A stretch of DNA of 57,376 nt from Pelomyxa schiedti (GCA_020536535.1 JAHLWZ010000120.1:1-57376); one strand, 5' to 3'; numbered from the stretch's first letter, positions 36,101 through 47,456 are shown. The notes: generated by a model from the sequence alone, not told the origin. Numbers and translations: made by a program.

Positions 36101-36153
36101 AACGACAGCGGAGGCAGCGACGAAGATGACCATGGGGCACCGTTGTCGTCCAT
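33106..36153 (-). CDS. RCC1-repeat / F-box / ARF-family GTPase-domain fusion protein, many exons
   Basis: RCC1 repeats (VSAGKDHTLAVTDTGLLWAVGKNTMGQLG, ASAGSNHSLAVDSEGRLYSWGCGLAGQLG, VSCGANHSLVV, HSLALTFTNGLYGFGSNGHGQLG), F-box-like LPTIPREILFLLDFRSLCHLSQTC...NNLWKVLY, then ARF motifs ILVLGLDDAG|KTT, TIPTIG, LIFVVDSHDLDR, IPILVL|ANMQD, WRIQGCSTRTGDGIKDGLDWL. Confidence 0.8.
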
Positions 36154-36339
36154 CGTTCGTTTGAACACTTCCACGAAATGTCCCCGTACTTGGAAAAAGT
36201 CCGAGCCTCACCTGGACCCAACTTGATTCTGTGCAACACCATCCTTCTAGCTTATGGGGTCGTATCACCCACCTCACCCCACATTCAAAAAACCAAAAAA
36301 AAAATTGTTGAAGCAGAAACTTTTTGTTGGTAGGAGCGA

Positions 36340-39300
36340 ATGATCGGCGTAACGTTCGTTCCCCGGGAGATTCTGGAAGATGCGATTCGGGACCACGTGG
36401 ATGCCGTACGCCAATGTCTTTTTATCTTGTTCCGTCTCCCCCCTTTTTGTTGAGACGAAGCACCGCTGACCACACCACCCTGCTGTGAACCGCATTCCCG
36501 ACAACACACACAAGTCTACCACGACTCCGGACTGGCGCCAACAGCGCCGATCGCGCGACCGACAAAGAGAGCTGGATCAGAGGCAGAACCAGCAACGAAC
36601 TCTGGCACAGCAGTCGGTGCAATTGTCCCGGCCACACGAAGTGGAACTACGGAATCCTGCGCAGAAGAGTGGCACGGTGGAGTATGTAGTGGCCAAGAAG
36701 TACCCTGAGGAACAGGGCCTGGTGTACACTGGAAGGCTTGTCGATGGCCTCCGCGATGGAAGAGGCAGGGCCACGCGGGACTGTAAAGGTGGCTGGATAT
36801 ACGCAGGGAGCTGGCAGGCTGATGACCTGCATGGCCCTGGGCAACTCATCATGGGTGACACTTACTTCAAGGGTGAGTTCTATGCAGGGAAGCCGCGTGG
36901 GTGGGCTGTACACACCGAGGGTAGAATGTGTGAGTACATGGACGAGGGGCTGTTTTTGAATGGAGAGATGCTCAGAGGAAGGAGATCAATATATGGCGAG
37001 TTTGTGTATGATGGTGACATGACCGAATGGCGTGGCTGTGATGTGCCAGATGGGTGGGGAATGAAGCTAAAGGAAGCACCACTGGATGCCTGCATTTCTG
37101 AACCTAGTGAACTTCATCTACTTGAGAAGCAGTTCTTATTTCCAATTGGTCCATTCCTAAGGTATGCTGGGCAATGGAAGAATGGTGCAATGCATGGAGA
37201 TGGTGTGTGGCTGAAGCGTCCTGGTGGAAACCTATACCAGGGAGTGTTTGATTCTGGGAGCAAGGAAGGAAGTGGGAGAATGATGTTTGCTGATGGTGGA
37301 ACTTACACAGGTGACTGGGTAGATGGAAAATTTCACGGCAGAGGCAAGAGAATATGGGCATGTGGTGATTATTATGATGGACAGTGGGAGGGTGGGAAAG
37401 AACATGGAATGGGAACAAGAATATGGGTCAGTGAAGGATTATCCTTCACAGGGAAGTGGAAAGGGGGTGAAATCACTGAAGGTACTATGAAGTGGAAAAG
37501 TGGAGATGAGTTCACTGGTACCTTTCTTTGTTACCAAAACACCTTTAAAGTGGCGAATGGTTTGTTAAAGACTCAGTGGGGTTCTATCCACGGAATACTC
37601 AGCCAGAATGGAAACAAATTTGAAGGAGATGATGGTAGTTTGTTATATGATATTGGATCCTCCTCCCCTGAGGTAATCCCAGCAGACATGTTGTGAAAGA
37701 AATAAAAAGACTCTTAATGAAATGCATAAAAGCCTTACCATTTTGAAAATGAGTAGGAAAGATTTTTGCAAGTACAAGTACAGCACATGACTGAAGAGAA
37801 GGCGGAGATAACAAAGAGAGCTTCTCAAATGCAAGTAGATTTTGCTGAGCTGCAACGCAAGTGTGGTAATTTGCTGCAGCAGTTAGAAGAACTGCAACAG
37901 AAGTTCAATGAGCAAACTGAAGGTGTGTTTCTCTAATATGGCTACACCCTATTCAACCTATTACAGTGTTGAAAAATCTGCAAGCAAGGCAGTTCGATTG
38001 TCCTGAGAACTGTGTGTTCGTGCTCGATCACAATTTGACTTATCACCTGCTCTAACCTCACAGTTATCAACCACGTTTTGGGACACCTACATGGTGGAAT
38101 GTGGAACAATTCACTCCATCAAAAACAAATTCGCAAATCACAAGATGAAGACTGTCTTGCTCATGAATCTCTTGAGGAAGAAGAGGTGTCAATTACATTG
38201 GAACCGCATAATGAAAAATTTACACAAGTTTTCTGTTGCAATTGCCCCCTGAACAAGGTTCTCAACTCCCATGTGACTCTTCTCACAGGGCACCAAGGTG
38301 GTTAGGATGGCCATTGAGAGAAAGTTTGGTATCGACGAGAGCCTTCAGATTGTGTTTTTCCTGAATTCTGATGGTATTGCCATCCCACTGGAGGATGACA
38401 TTCCCTGCACACTTAATCATATGAAAGCACGTTGCCACAATGGCCTTGCGCCCCAACAGAATCGACCAGCTGCAGTGACAGTTAAAATCAAGCCAGCCAC
38501 AAGACTACAACAAGAAAACTTGCAATACATTGCAATGATTGGCTCTGGTGCCTTTGGCATTGTTTCAAAATTTTCTCTTGATAAGAGCACGGTTGCAGTG
38601 AAATCTCTTTATGAAATTATTGAGTCAGAGCATAACCTGGAAAGATTTCAAATGGAGTCGGAGGTTGACCTGCTGACTTTTTGTCCTTTCTATTTAGCTA
38701 ACAAATGAGGCAGATTGTTGCTGAATTGAGGCACCCAAACATTGTTAAATGCATTGGGACGTGTCTAACAAGTTCAGGAAAACTGTGGATTGTGTCCGAA
38801 CTTATGGGCTGCAGTCTCAGTCAGCTGATTGAAAAAGTGGGTGAATTAAAGTGCCTCTAATAGACCAATTGAGTAATTTGTCATAGAAACACAGTTTTAC
38901 TTTGCCGGAAACTATTTCAGTACTACTTGGTATTTCCAGAGGAATGTCTGCAATTCATCAGTATGCATTTGCACACCCCTCTTTTGTTGATCCACATTCA
39001 CAGACAAAATATAATGCACCGAGACCTGAGCAGCAGAAACGTGGTGTTTGACTTTGATGGATGTCCGAAAATCATTGATTTTGGTTTTTCTTTCTTTCTT
39101 TGCAGGACTGGCTTAAAACTGATGATATCCTGCAGGTGTTGCTAGCCGATTTTCCAATGCAGGGAGCCGGAAAACCATTGGTCCTGGAAATTTTCTATAT
39201 ATGGCTCCTCAGATGTATACCAGCAGCTATACAATTAAGGGCATGAAAGCACCGTCTTTTTTCACTCTGAATTTTTCTTGTTCTATCAGGGGATGTATGG

Positions 39301-39871
39301 TCATTTGGTATTCTTTTGACAGAGATTGTGAATGGCAAAATTGTGGACTCCACTCTTCAAAGAGTTCCTCTATCAGTTGTGACCAAGTTCATCAACCAGC
39401 AGAAGCAATCTCTACTGCCGCCTGATATTGTAGGTGCGCTTTCTCCCCTCTTTACTTCTTCTTTTTTTTTTCCCAAGATAACCAACAAAATAGAGCTGGA
39501 TCGTATTATTGATGAAGCTGGTGAAATGAGTGTGGCCCACTGTTTGAGCAGGCGAAATGCCTGTTTCGATGCAGTTTCCAGATATATGAACTCCTCTGGT
39601 TGCAGTGGCATGCCTCAAGTTTGCACCAGGCTCCTTTCCTTGATGGTTCAGTCATGCCTCTCCATAACCGGTCTGTTCTTGATGCCCTTATATATGTTCT
39701 GAAGCCACAACAGAGAAGGAAAGACCAACGTTCAAGATGACTGCGGATCTGCTGTTCTGTTGTGCTACAATCCTGTTCTCTGACTCCCCCATAACTACTC
39801 CACTCATCCTTGATGGCATCGAGAGCAACATCGCGCTGTGCTTGCGCTCCTTGTCACCCTTCATTCCTTGA
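36340..39871 (+). CDS. MORN-repeat, coiled-coil, TKL-type protein kinase
   Basis: MORN repeats (YTGDWVDGKFHGRG, YDGQWEGGKEHGMG). Kinase motifs IGSGAFG, VAVKSL, LRHPNIV, HRDLSSRN, IIDFG, YMAPQ, DVWSFG, RPTF across many short introns. Confidence 0.85.
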
Positions 39872-39921
39872 ATGATTGCAATTGCAATGAGGTAAAGGCC
39901 CCATTCATTTGAATTTGCCCG

Positions 39922-41494
39922 TTAAGGCAATTTCGATTTTTTGCGACAACAGCAAGGACTTGGGCGCCCCAACAAGGGCCCTTGGGGGTTACTTGACAAC
40001 AACGACGTGGGTGTGGTGTAAGGTGTGGCGGGCTGCTGGGGGGTAGCAGCAACAGAGCTCTGCTGCAGACAATAAGAGTGTAGCCAGAGCCAGCACGCTG
40101 GTGTGTGGATGCTGGCACGCACAGGAGGATGTAGGAGTGAGGAAGCGGCAGGGAGGCCAGGTCCAGCCACAGCGCCATCATTCCGGTTATCTGGCATCAT
40201 GTTAGCGGAGCCAATGATGGGTCCGGACATACCAACCCAAGTCAGTGAGGAAGGAATTTCGGGAAGGTTTTGGCTTCAGTCTATTGAAATGTGAGAGGAT
40301 GAGACAAGGAGCCCTACCCAAAATCCCAGTCAGCAAGCCACAGGGGCCCAGGTCCGACTGAAGTGCTAGTAATACACAAATCTGGGTATCTAGCCGGAAT
40401 GTTAGTGTGACCAGGGAAGGCTATGGTGGCACAAACCGAGTTCCAAGTCAGTGAGGAGCAATTTCCAAAAGTGTCGGCTTAAGTCTGGAAAACGTGAGAG
40501 GAAGAAAGAGGAAAGACAAGGGGACCTACCCAACTTCCCAGTGTCAAAGGATAGCAACCACCGGCGCCGTTTGCATATAGCAGAACAGCTTCCATTTATA
40601 TTGTGGCTCCAGGGCATTGGTTGTTTCCAGCTCAACGTTTATATGTGTCCCCAGAATCGGTCTGAACGGATTTTAGTTACCTAGATCACTAGCAAGCTCG
40701 GTAGTATCAAGGGTGATGTAGGTATTTCAAACTGGGAACAACACAGGTCCTCAGTGATAGCAAAAACACATGAGGGAGTATGACTTGGCTCACTTGAAGA
40801 GAATCCTGAGTGTATGCATCCCCAATCCACTGGTTCTGTATCCCTGTCTGTTGGAAGTGATTCAGGCATCTGGATCTTTCTCCAATACTGGCTGTTGTAG
40901 ATAATTTGTCAACCCCCATGTCAAATGGAGAAACAAGGTCAGGGCCCAAATCTCCTGAAAAGACAGAGAACAGAAATGCCAAGAGCTGCACACCAACCAG
41001 ATTGGTATTCAATTCTGCAGGAAAAAATAGCTTCCATAGTAAGGGATCATGAAATCAGTACACAAGGGTGTGCAAAGATATCATGGCCCATCATTGGTCC
41101 AAAACAAGGCACATCTGATGTGTAGATCAAGATACAAATCTCGCTATGGTCAGAGAATAATTGGTCAAAGGGCAAGGCGGTCCACTTGCTACTAACATAG
41201 CCAAAAAGTTCCTCCTGAAACGCTTGCCTGAAAGCAACAATTTCCCTTTCCAAGAGTGGGCTGAGATTAATTAAAAAAACCACTGACGCTAGAGCACAAG
41301 CAACTCTTCGGTCTCCTGTACTTCGAAAAGAGAATGACTCCCAAATCGTTTTCATCTGCTTCCCTTACAGGGAACAATATCGCAAGAAACTGCCATGTGA
41401 GTGCCATCATCGCTCGTAACAATTCTGAGTTGCAACGGCGCATATCTGGGAACCACCGTTTTTCATCATCCAACACTCCAGAGCAGTGACGCAA
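39922..41494 (-). CDS. hypothetical multi-exon protein, divergent from RPS18
   Basis: Series of minus-strand open segments (41267-41494, 41047-41355, 40707-41012, 39922-40230). No recognisable domain. Confidence 0.3.
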
Positions 41495-41596
41495 CCCACA
41501 ACAACAAAACCAGACCTGGTTTTGTGTACGAGACCTATTGTGTTCCTAATCAAAAGCTATTGTGAATAGATAGATTTTCTAATTGCTGTTCCGTTT

Positions 41597-41723
41597 GCAA
41601 CTGTGGGCCCAAAGTAGAACGTCATTTTCGGATAAATTAAACAAACAAATTTTCGTCTCACACGCCCCGTGCCGCAACACCCGTGTCTCGGTTCCGGTTT
41701 TTCAAATATCGTTCTCATAGATG
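41597..41723 (+). promoter_or_regulatory. conserved RPS18 upstream/5'UTR block (copy A)
   Basis: Paralogous to 7449-7571. Confidence 0.55.
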
Positions 41724-42716
41724 GTAAACACGTCGCCCCTGTTTTTGTTGTTATCGCTTTTTTTTTCCCCTCGTTTTCGTATCGTTTTTTACTTTCTAAA
41801 AAACAACCGCGTAACTACGGGAAATACATAACTGTTACTTGTTACCTTGTTGATTATTTGGCAAACACGCTCTATCACTCTTTTGTACTTATCGAGTGGT
41901 TTTTGGTTTGCAGGGTTCACTCGTGATCGATCAGAAGTTCCAACACATCTTGCGTATGGTCAACACCAACATCTCAGGAACACACCGCGTTCCATACGCA
42001 CTCGCCGCAATCAAGGGTGTTGGTCCCAGATTCGCGTATCTCATGTGCAAAAAGGCTGACGTCGACGTTCACAAGAGGTCTGTTTACTTTGATCACGCTA
42101 TAGTTGATTATTATCGTCACCTTTGCCCTCCATTTCATTTAAGTTAACTTTAAATCGAACCGGATTGAATTCCTGTCACTGACTGTATTTTTTTGTTTAT
42201 GTTTGATGCAGAGCTGGAGACCTCACGCCGGAAGAGATCGAGAAACTCACCTCCATCCTCAACAACCCACAACAATTCAACATCCCCGAATGGTTCCTCA
42301 ACAGACAACGCGATATCAAGGACGGAAAGTCCACCCAAGTTGTTTCCAACAACCTCGACACCAAGCTGAGGGAGGACATTGAGAGACTCAAGAAGTATGC
42401 CGCTCGTGATCCCTTTTCTTCTTTCCTTTCTTCATTCTAATCACCGAATTTTAGAATGAAGGCTCACCGTGGTCTGAGACACTACTGGGGACTTCGTGTG
42501 CGTGGTCAGCACACAAAGACAACTGGTGCGTCGTCTTTCCCTTTACAAATCCTGCTACAAATAACTCCACAGCAATCTCTCCTTTTATCACTACATTTAC
42601 AAACCAACAACACTCCTATCTTCGCTTCTTTAATTAACACTTGTTACTTACCGTTTCTTCAACAAACAGGTCGCCATGGCAGAACAGTTGGTGTCAGCAA
42701 GAAGAAGGCTCCATAA
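41721..42716 (+). CDS. RPS18: 40S ribosomal protein S18 (uS13), complete, 5 coding exons
   Basis: Exons 41721-41723, 41914-42077, 42212-42394, 42455-42525 and 42670-42716 give [15 protein letters not shown]...[16 protein letters not shown]...[36 protein letters not shown]. Confidence 0.97.
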
Positions 42717-43099
42717 TTTGCTTCTTTCCGGCAACACAAAAAGAAAAAAACTTTCGTCCTTCTCCACTTGGCCTTTTTTTAATTTCCGGACCGAGGTTTA
42801 GCTTATTCAAGAGGCGGGGTGCAGGTGTGTGGGATGCAGGGTGTTCACCTCCTCAGAAGATTTGCACCCTTCCTCCTAATGCATAGTGTCAGAGAGCAAG
42901 TTCCAAGAATCATCGGGAAACTTAGTTCGGACAGAGCCGGCCATTCACAACCCGTCGCATCAGCGGAACGACCAAGACGAGCACGCAGCGGACATGCGTG
43001 AACACATTGAGCCAGCAAGAAGGCAGGCCAACGGCCGAGTGCAGCAGGATTTCCCGTCTATGGCAGAAATTAGGAGAAGGCAGAATCAATTCTCGTCAT

Positions 43100-43199
43100 N
43101 NNNNNNNNNNNNNNNNNNNNNNNNNNNNNNNNNNNNNNNNNNNNNNNNNNNNNNNNNNNNNNNNNNNNNNNNNNNNNNNNNNNNNNNNNNNNNNNNNNN
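43100..43199. other. assembly gap (100 N)
   Basis: Run of N. Confidence 1.
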
Positions 43200-43629
43200 T
43201 CCCCGAATGGTTCCTCAACAGACAACGCGATATCAAGGACGGAAAGTCCACCCAAGTTGTTTCCAACAACCTCGACACCAAGCTGAGGGAGGACATTGAG
43301 AGACTCAAGAAGTATGCCGCCCGTGATCATTTCCTCTTCTTTCCTTTCTTGTTACTTAATCACCGTATTTTAGAATGAAGGCTCACCGTGGTCTGAGGCA
43401 CTACTGGGGACTTCGTGTGCGTGGTCAGCACACAAAGACAACTGGTGTGTCGTTTTTCCCTTCGCAATTCTTTCGGCAATGGCAATCTCTCCTTTCTTCA
43501 CTTCATTTGCAAACCAAATTTTATCATTGCATGACACCGCGCTCCAAACCAACACGTTACTTACCGGTTCTTCAACAAACAGGTCGCCATGGCAGAACAG
43601 TTGGTGTCAGCAAGAAGAAGGCTCCATAA
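43200..43629 (+). CDS. RPS18: 40S ribosomal protein S18, 3' part only (begins at gap)
   Basis: [14 protein letters not shown]...RLKK|[12 protein letters not shown]...KTT|[15 protein letters not shown]. Exons nearly identical to copy A; introns diverged. Confidence 0.93.
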
Positions 43630-43831
43630 TTTGTTTCTTTGAATGCAAAAAAAAAAAAAAAAACTTCCGTCCTTCAAACCTCCTATTGAGTGAGTTATTC
43701 ATAACCCATCTTTGTTCAACGAACCTCTTTGCCAAAAAGGAAAAACAATAATGCTGTAAGATTACAAGATCTAAGATTACAAATCAATATTGGTTTTTGA
43801 CTGAAACGTCCAATCAAAAAGGGCATTGGGA

Positions 43832-45151
43832 CTACGTTGTGGAACTCAGAGAGAAAACACAGGTAATAGTCAGGATCGCAAGACATAACCCCGTTGAGGC
43901 ATCATTGATGGAAGCAACAATCTGTTCAGGATGTTCACTGTCCATTTTGAAACAGTAGATTTCAACAGATGAGCATTTCATGCTGTGCTCACGCAGAGGC
44001 CTCTCATAACAACATGAGGGCTGACTGAAGTCAGAGGGAGAATAGACCTCACAAACACACAGGGATGATGATGATGATGATGAGGGAAGCAAAGGCTGAA
44101 CCCCCGCCCTTCTCTTTGTTGTTGGTGAAGGAGATGCATCAGCAAATAATAAGGCAGCGACAAGGTCTGATGGAAGTACAGAAACGCGCTCGTACATACT
44201 CTTTGAGAACTGCCGCAGTTGGTCAGCAGTGGCGCTGTATACTTCGTACCCACGACCAAGGTCATGATGCAATGTGAGGATGGCGGAAGGTGAGGACCAC
44301 ATCACCTCAACAGGGTTTTGCTGCGGGAGTGGGAAGCTCTTGGTTTCCACAATGACCCCAGATACAAAACTTTTCTCAAGGTCAACAAACACCATCAGTC
44401 CAGGAGCTGATGTGAATGCATCGCCATTCATAGTCTTCTCCACGTGCTTATCCTCCGTACTTCTAAACCAAACAAGCTCATCACCACAAGGGTCGAATGG
44501 TGAGAAGCTGGCACTGCCCTGGAAATGCGCCGTACAATTAAGAGAAATGCAATCACCAACTGGCACTCCTTTAACGATCCTCCACAGACGCAGCGTCTTG
44601 TCAAAGTTATCCTCAATATTAACAAGCCACTTGTTGTTGCTCATCCAGATTGGAAACAGCACATCACAACAGCTTAGCGAAGCGCGAGTCCTTGTTAGCC
44701 AGGACACCAAATTCCCCTTGCTGTCAACCAAACAAGGGGTGTCCAATTGGCAGCCCATCACGAACTTGTCATTGCATACTCTCTCAACAACGGACCAATC
44801 CCCTCCGCCAAGAGTCTGCAGATTGGCCTTACTCATGACGTTGCACCACACAACGCCGACAGTCCAACTCACGCCAATGAAAACGTGAACTGCCACGGTC
44901 GTGTCTCCACCTTCAAGAGGGAACGTAAGTGTGCTCCCGATGCAGCGGCAGCACCCAGCGACCCAGTCTCGGCCAAACTCAGAACACAACAGGTGGCTGT
45001 CCGCCAGTGTTTTCGCGGGACTGCGCGCTCCGCACCTGCCAATCGATGCGCACGCAAACGCAATAAACTGCGATCGTGCGTCGATCGCTGCCCGAATCGT
45101 TGGCGGTTCAGCAAAAGGTAAATTAGTACGCGAACTCGAGTACTGGCCCAT
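43832..45151 (-). CDS. 'RCG-SP motif' family protein (D3), intronless, 439 aa
   Basis: PTIRAAIDARSQFIAFACASIGRCGARSPAKTLADSHLLCSEFGRDWVAG; tandem paralog of D2. Confidence 0.85.
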   Translation of the reverse strand: MGQYSSSRTNLPFAEPPTIRAAIDARSQFIAFACASIGRCGARSPAKTLADSHLLCSEFGRDWVAGCCRCIGSTLTFPLEGGDTTVAVHVFIGVSWTVGVVWCNVMSKANLQTLGGGDWSVVERVCNDKFVMGCQLDTPCLVDSKGNLVSWLTRTRASLSCCDVLFPIWMSNNKWLVNIEDNFDKTLRLWRIVKGVPVGDCISLNCTAHFQGSASFSPFDPCGDELVWFRSTEDKHVEKTMNGDAFTSAPGLMVFVDLEKSFVSGVIVETKSFPLPQQNPVEVMWSSPSAILTLHHDLGRGYEVYSATADQLRQFSKSMYERVSVLPSDLVAALLFADASPSPTTKRRAGVQPLLPSSSSSSSLCVCEVYSPSDFSQPSCCYERPLREHSMKCSSVEIYCFKMDSEHPEQIVASINDASTGLCLAILTITCVFSLSSTT

Positions 45152-45395
45152 GACACAAGATTCAAAATCGTGGTTTCAAAACGAGAAGTGTACCAAAAAA
45201 CGCTTTAGCGTGTTCCCGTGCGTCCCAGCTAGAATAGATGCGAAAAGAGGAAGGATTCGCAGCTCCCATGACACCATAAGTTCCCAACTAATGGTGGTGC
45301 GTTGCCAGAAAATCGAAAAAAATTGTGCATATCATCCAACTCTCTTTTATCAGACATTTTCTTGTGAGAATGATTCCACAAATGGCACAGTCGTG

Positions 45396-46652
45396 TCACG
45401 AGTTGTTTATTGTCAGGATTGCAAGACATAACCCCGTCGAGGCATCATTGATGGAACCCACAATCTGCCCAGGATTCTCACTCTCCATTTTGAGACAGTA
45501 GATCTCCCGAGAAGAGCATATCATTTCATTCTCCAGAGGAGGCCTCTCGTAACAACATGAGGGCTGACTGAAGTCAGAGGGAGAATAGACCTCACAAACA
45601 CACAGGGACGATGGTGATGAGGGAAGCGAAGGCTGAACCCCGACCCTTCTCTTTGTTGTTGGTGAAGGAGAGGCATCAGCAAATAACAAGGCAGTGACAC
45701 GTTCTGATGGAAGTACAGAAACGTACTTGTACCTACTCTTGGAGAACTGCCGCAGTTTGTCAGTTGTGCCACTGCATACAGTGGTGCTGTACACTTCGTA
45801 CTCACGACTAACAGCATGCAATGTGAGGATGGTGGAAGGTGAGGACCACACCACCCCAACAGGGGTTCGCTGCGGGAGTGGGAGCCTCTTGGCTTCCACA
45901 ATGACCCCAGACACAAAGCTTTTCTCAAGGTCAACAAACACCATCAGTCCAGGAGGGGATGTGAGTGCGTCGCCCCCCACGCTCGTCTCCTGAGTACTTC
46001 CAACCAAAACAAGCTCATCGCCACAAGGGTCGAACTGTGAGAAGCTGGCAAACAGGCCCGTGGACGGGGCCGTCCACCTGGCAGAAACGCAGTCGCCACC
46101 TGGCATTCCGTCGACGATCCTCCAGAGATACATCCTCGCCTCGACCACCTCCTCGATGTCAACAAGCCACCTGCTGTTGCTCATCCACTGCGCAAACGGG
46201 TCGTTGGCATGCTGAGTGCGGAACAGCCGGGCAACCACGTTCCCGTCTCTGTCGACCACGCGAGGGGCGTACCACTGGCACGCCGCCACGAACTTGTCGT
46301 CGCACACGCGCCCGGAGACGGACCAGTGGCCCTCGCCCTCGACGGCCCGAAGATTCGCGCCGCTCGTGGCGTTGCACCACGCGACGTCCGCCGTCGGGCT
46401 CACGCCGATGAAAACGTGGGCCACAGCCGCGGTGGTCTGCGAGAGGGGGAACGCGAGCGTGCTGCCGATGCAGCGGCAGCACCCGGCGACCCAGTCTCGG
46501 CCAAACTGGGAGCACAGCATGTGGCTGTCCGCCAGTGCTTTCGCGGGACTGCGCGCTCCGCACCTGCCAATCGACGCGCACGCAAACGCAATGAATTGAG
46601 AGCGTGCGTCGATCGCTGCCCGAATCGTCGGTGTCATACCTGCTGCTGCCAT
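45396..46652 (-). CDS. 'RCG-SP motif' family protein (D2), intronless
   Basis: ATG 46652, MAAAGMTPTIRAAIDARSQF...; its first ~110 nt are identical to 57266-57376. Confidence 0.85.
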   Translation of the reverse strand: MAAAGMTPTIRAAIDARSQFIAFACASIGRCGARSPAKALADSHMLCSQFGRDWVAGCCRCIGSTLAFPLSQTTAAVAHVFIGVSPTADVAWCNATSGANLRAVEGEGHWSVSGRVCDDKFVAACQWYAPRVVDRDGNVVARLFRTQHANDPFAQWMSNSRWLVDIEEVVEARMYLWRIVDGMPGGDCVSARWTAPSTGLFASFSQFDPCGDELVLVGSTQETSVGGDALTSPPGLMVFVDLEKSFVSGVIVEAKRLPLPQRTPVGVVWSSPSTILTLHAVSREYEVYSTTVCSGTTDKLRQFSKSRYKYVSVLPSERVTALLFADASPSPTTKRRVGVQPSLPSSPSSLCVCEVYSPSDFSQPSCCYERPPLENEMICSSREIYCLKMESENPGQIVGSINDASTGLCLAILTINNS

Positions 46653-46679
46653 CACAGGAAGTAAGTTCGGAGAAAACCA

Positions 46680-47305
46680 ATTGGACGCACGATCACAGTT
46701 TGTTGGGTTTTCCTGTGCGGCGATTGGAGGGAGCCCAGCCAAGTTGTTGGCCCACAATCGCGTTCTGTAGCCAGGTCGGAACCACAATTACTCTTCGCAA
46801 TGCGCATTCGGGTGGAGCTGAGACAGTGTGTGCACACTTGTTCATGGGTGTGAGTGCGACTCTGGGTGTTGTCTGGTGCAAATGGTTGGACCCTAATGCA
46901 TTTTCGAAGGGGAGCTACCTCGAACGTGTCGATGGGTGTGTGGGAGATGACAGGTTCATGACGACTTCATTTTGGGCAGTATCAAAGATTGTAGATAGCA
47001 GTGGCAATGTTGTTTCGGATTTGGGTGGGCCTGAGTCTGATCCGTTTGCGTTTTGTGTGTCCAACAACAAGTGGCTCGTGAGAGTTGAGAACGTGGACGA
47101 TGTGGCTCTGTTTACTGCGTGGAGAACTTCCAACGGTGTCCCTGTGTCCTCCGGTGTCGGGGGGACGTGCACTGCCCCTCTAAATGGCACTGGTGCCAAG
47201 TTCTCTCCGTTCGACCCTTATAGTGATGAACTGTTTTTTGTGGGCAGCAGCAACTCGAGCAGCCTCCTTTCCTCTGTCAACCTGGAAAAGGGAATTGGAT
47301 ACTGA
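46680..47305 (+). pseudogene. 5'-truncated, frameshifted, 3'-truncated paralog of C1
   Basis: LDARSQFVGFSCAAIGGSPAKLLAHNRVL* then, in another frame, QVGTTITL...HLFMGVSATLGVVWCKW...FSPFDPYSDELFFV...EKGIGY*. The CEMFGRDWVVGCCR segment, the start codon and the C-terminal third are missing. Confidence 0.8.
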
Positions 47306-47456
47306 CCGGCACGTTGATGGCAACAGGGATTCTTACTGTTCCCACGTCACGAACCGCAACAACATCTTTACTCTAAGCTCTAATGTCCTTTCAGAGTCAA
47401 CACAGGTGGAAAAGAGAAATAGGAATGAGTGCCGAATTTATCTGTTCTTCTTTTTC

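Noticed and set aside
42870-43099. Short open frames after RPS18 running into a gap
   Set aside because: Too short and truncated to support a gene or mobile element.
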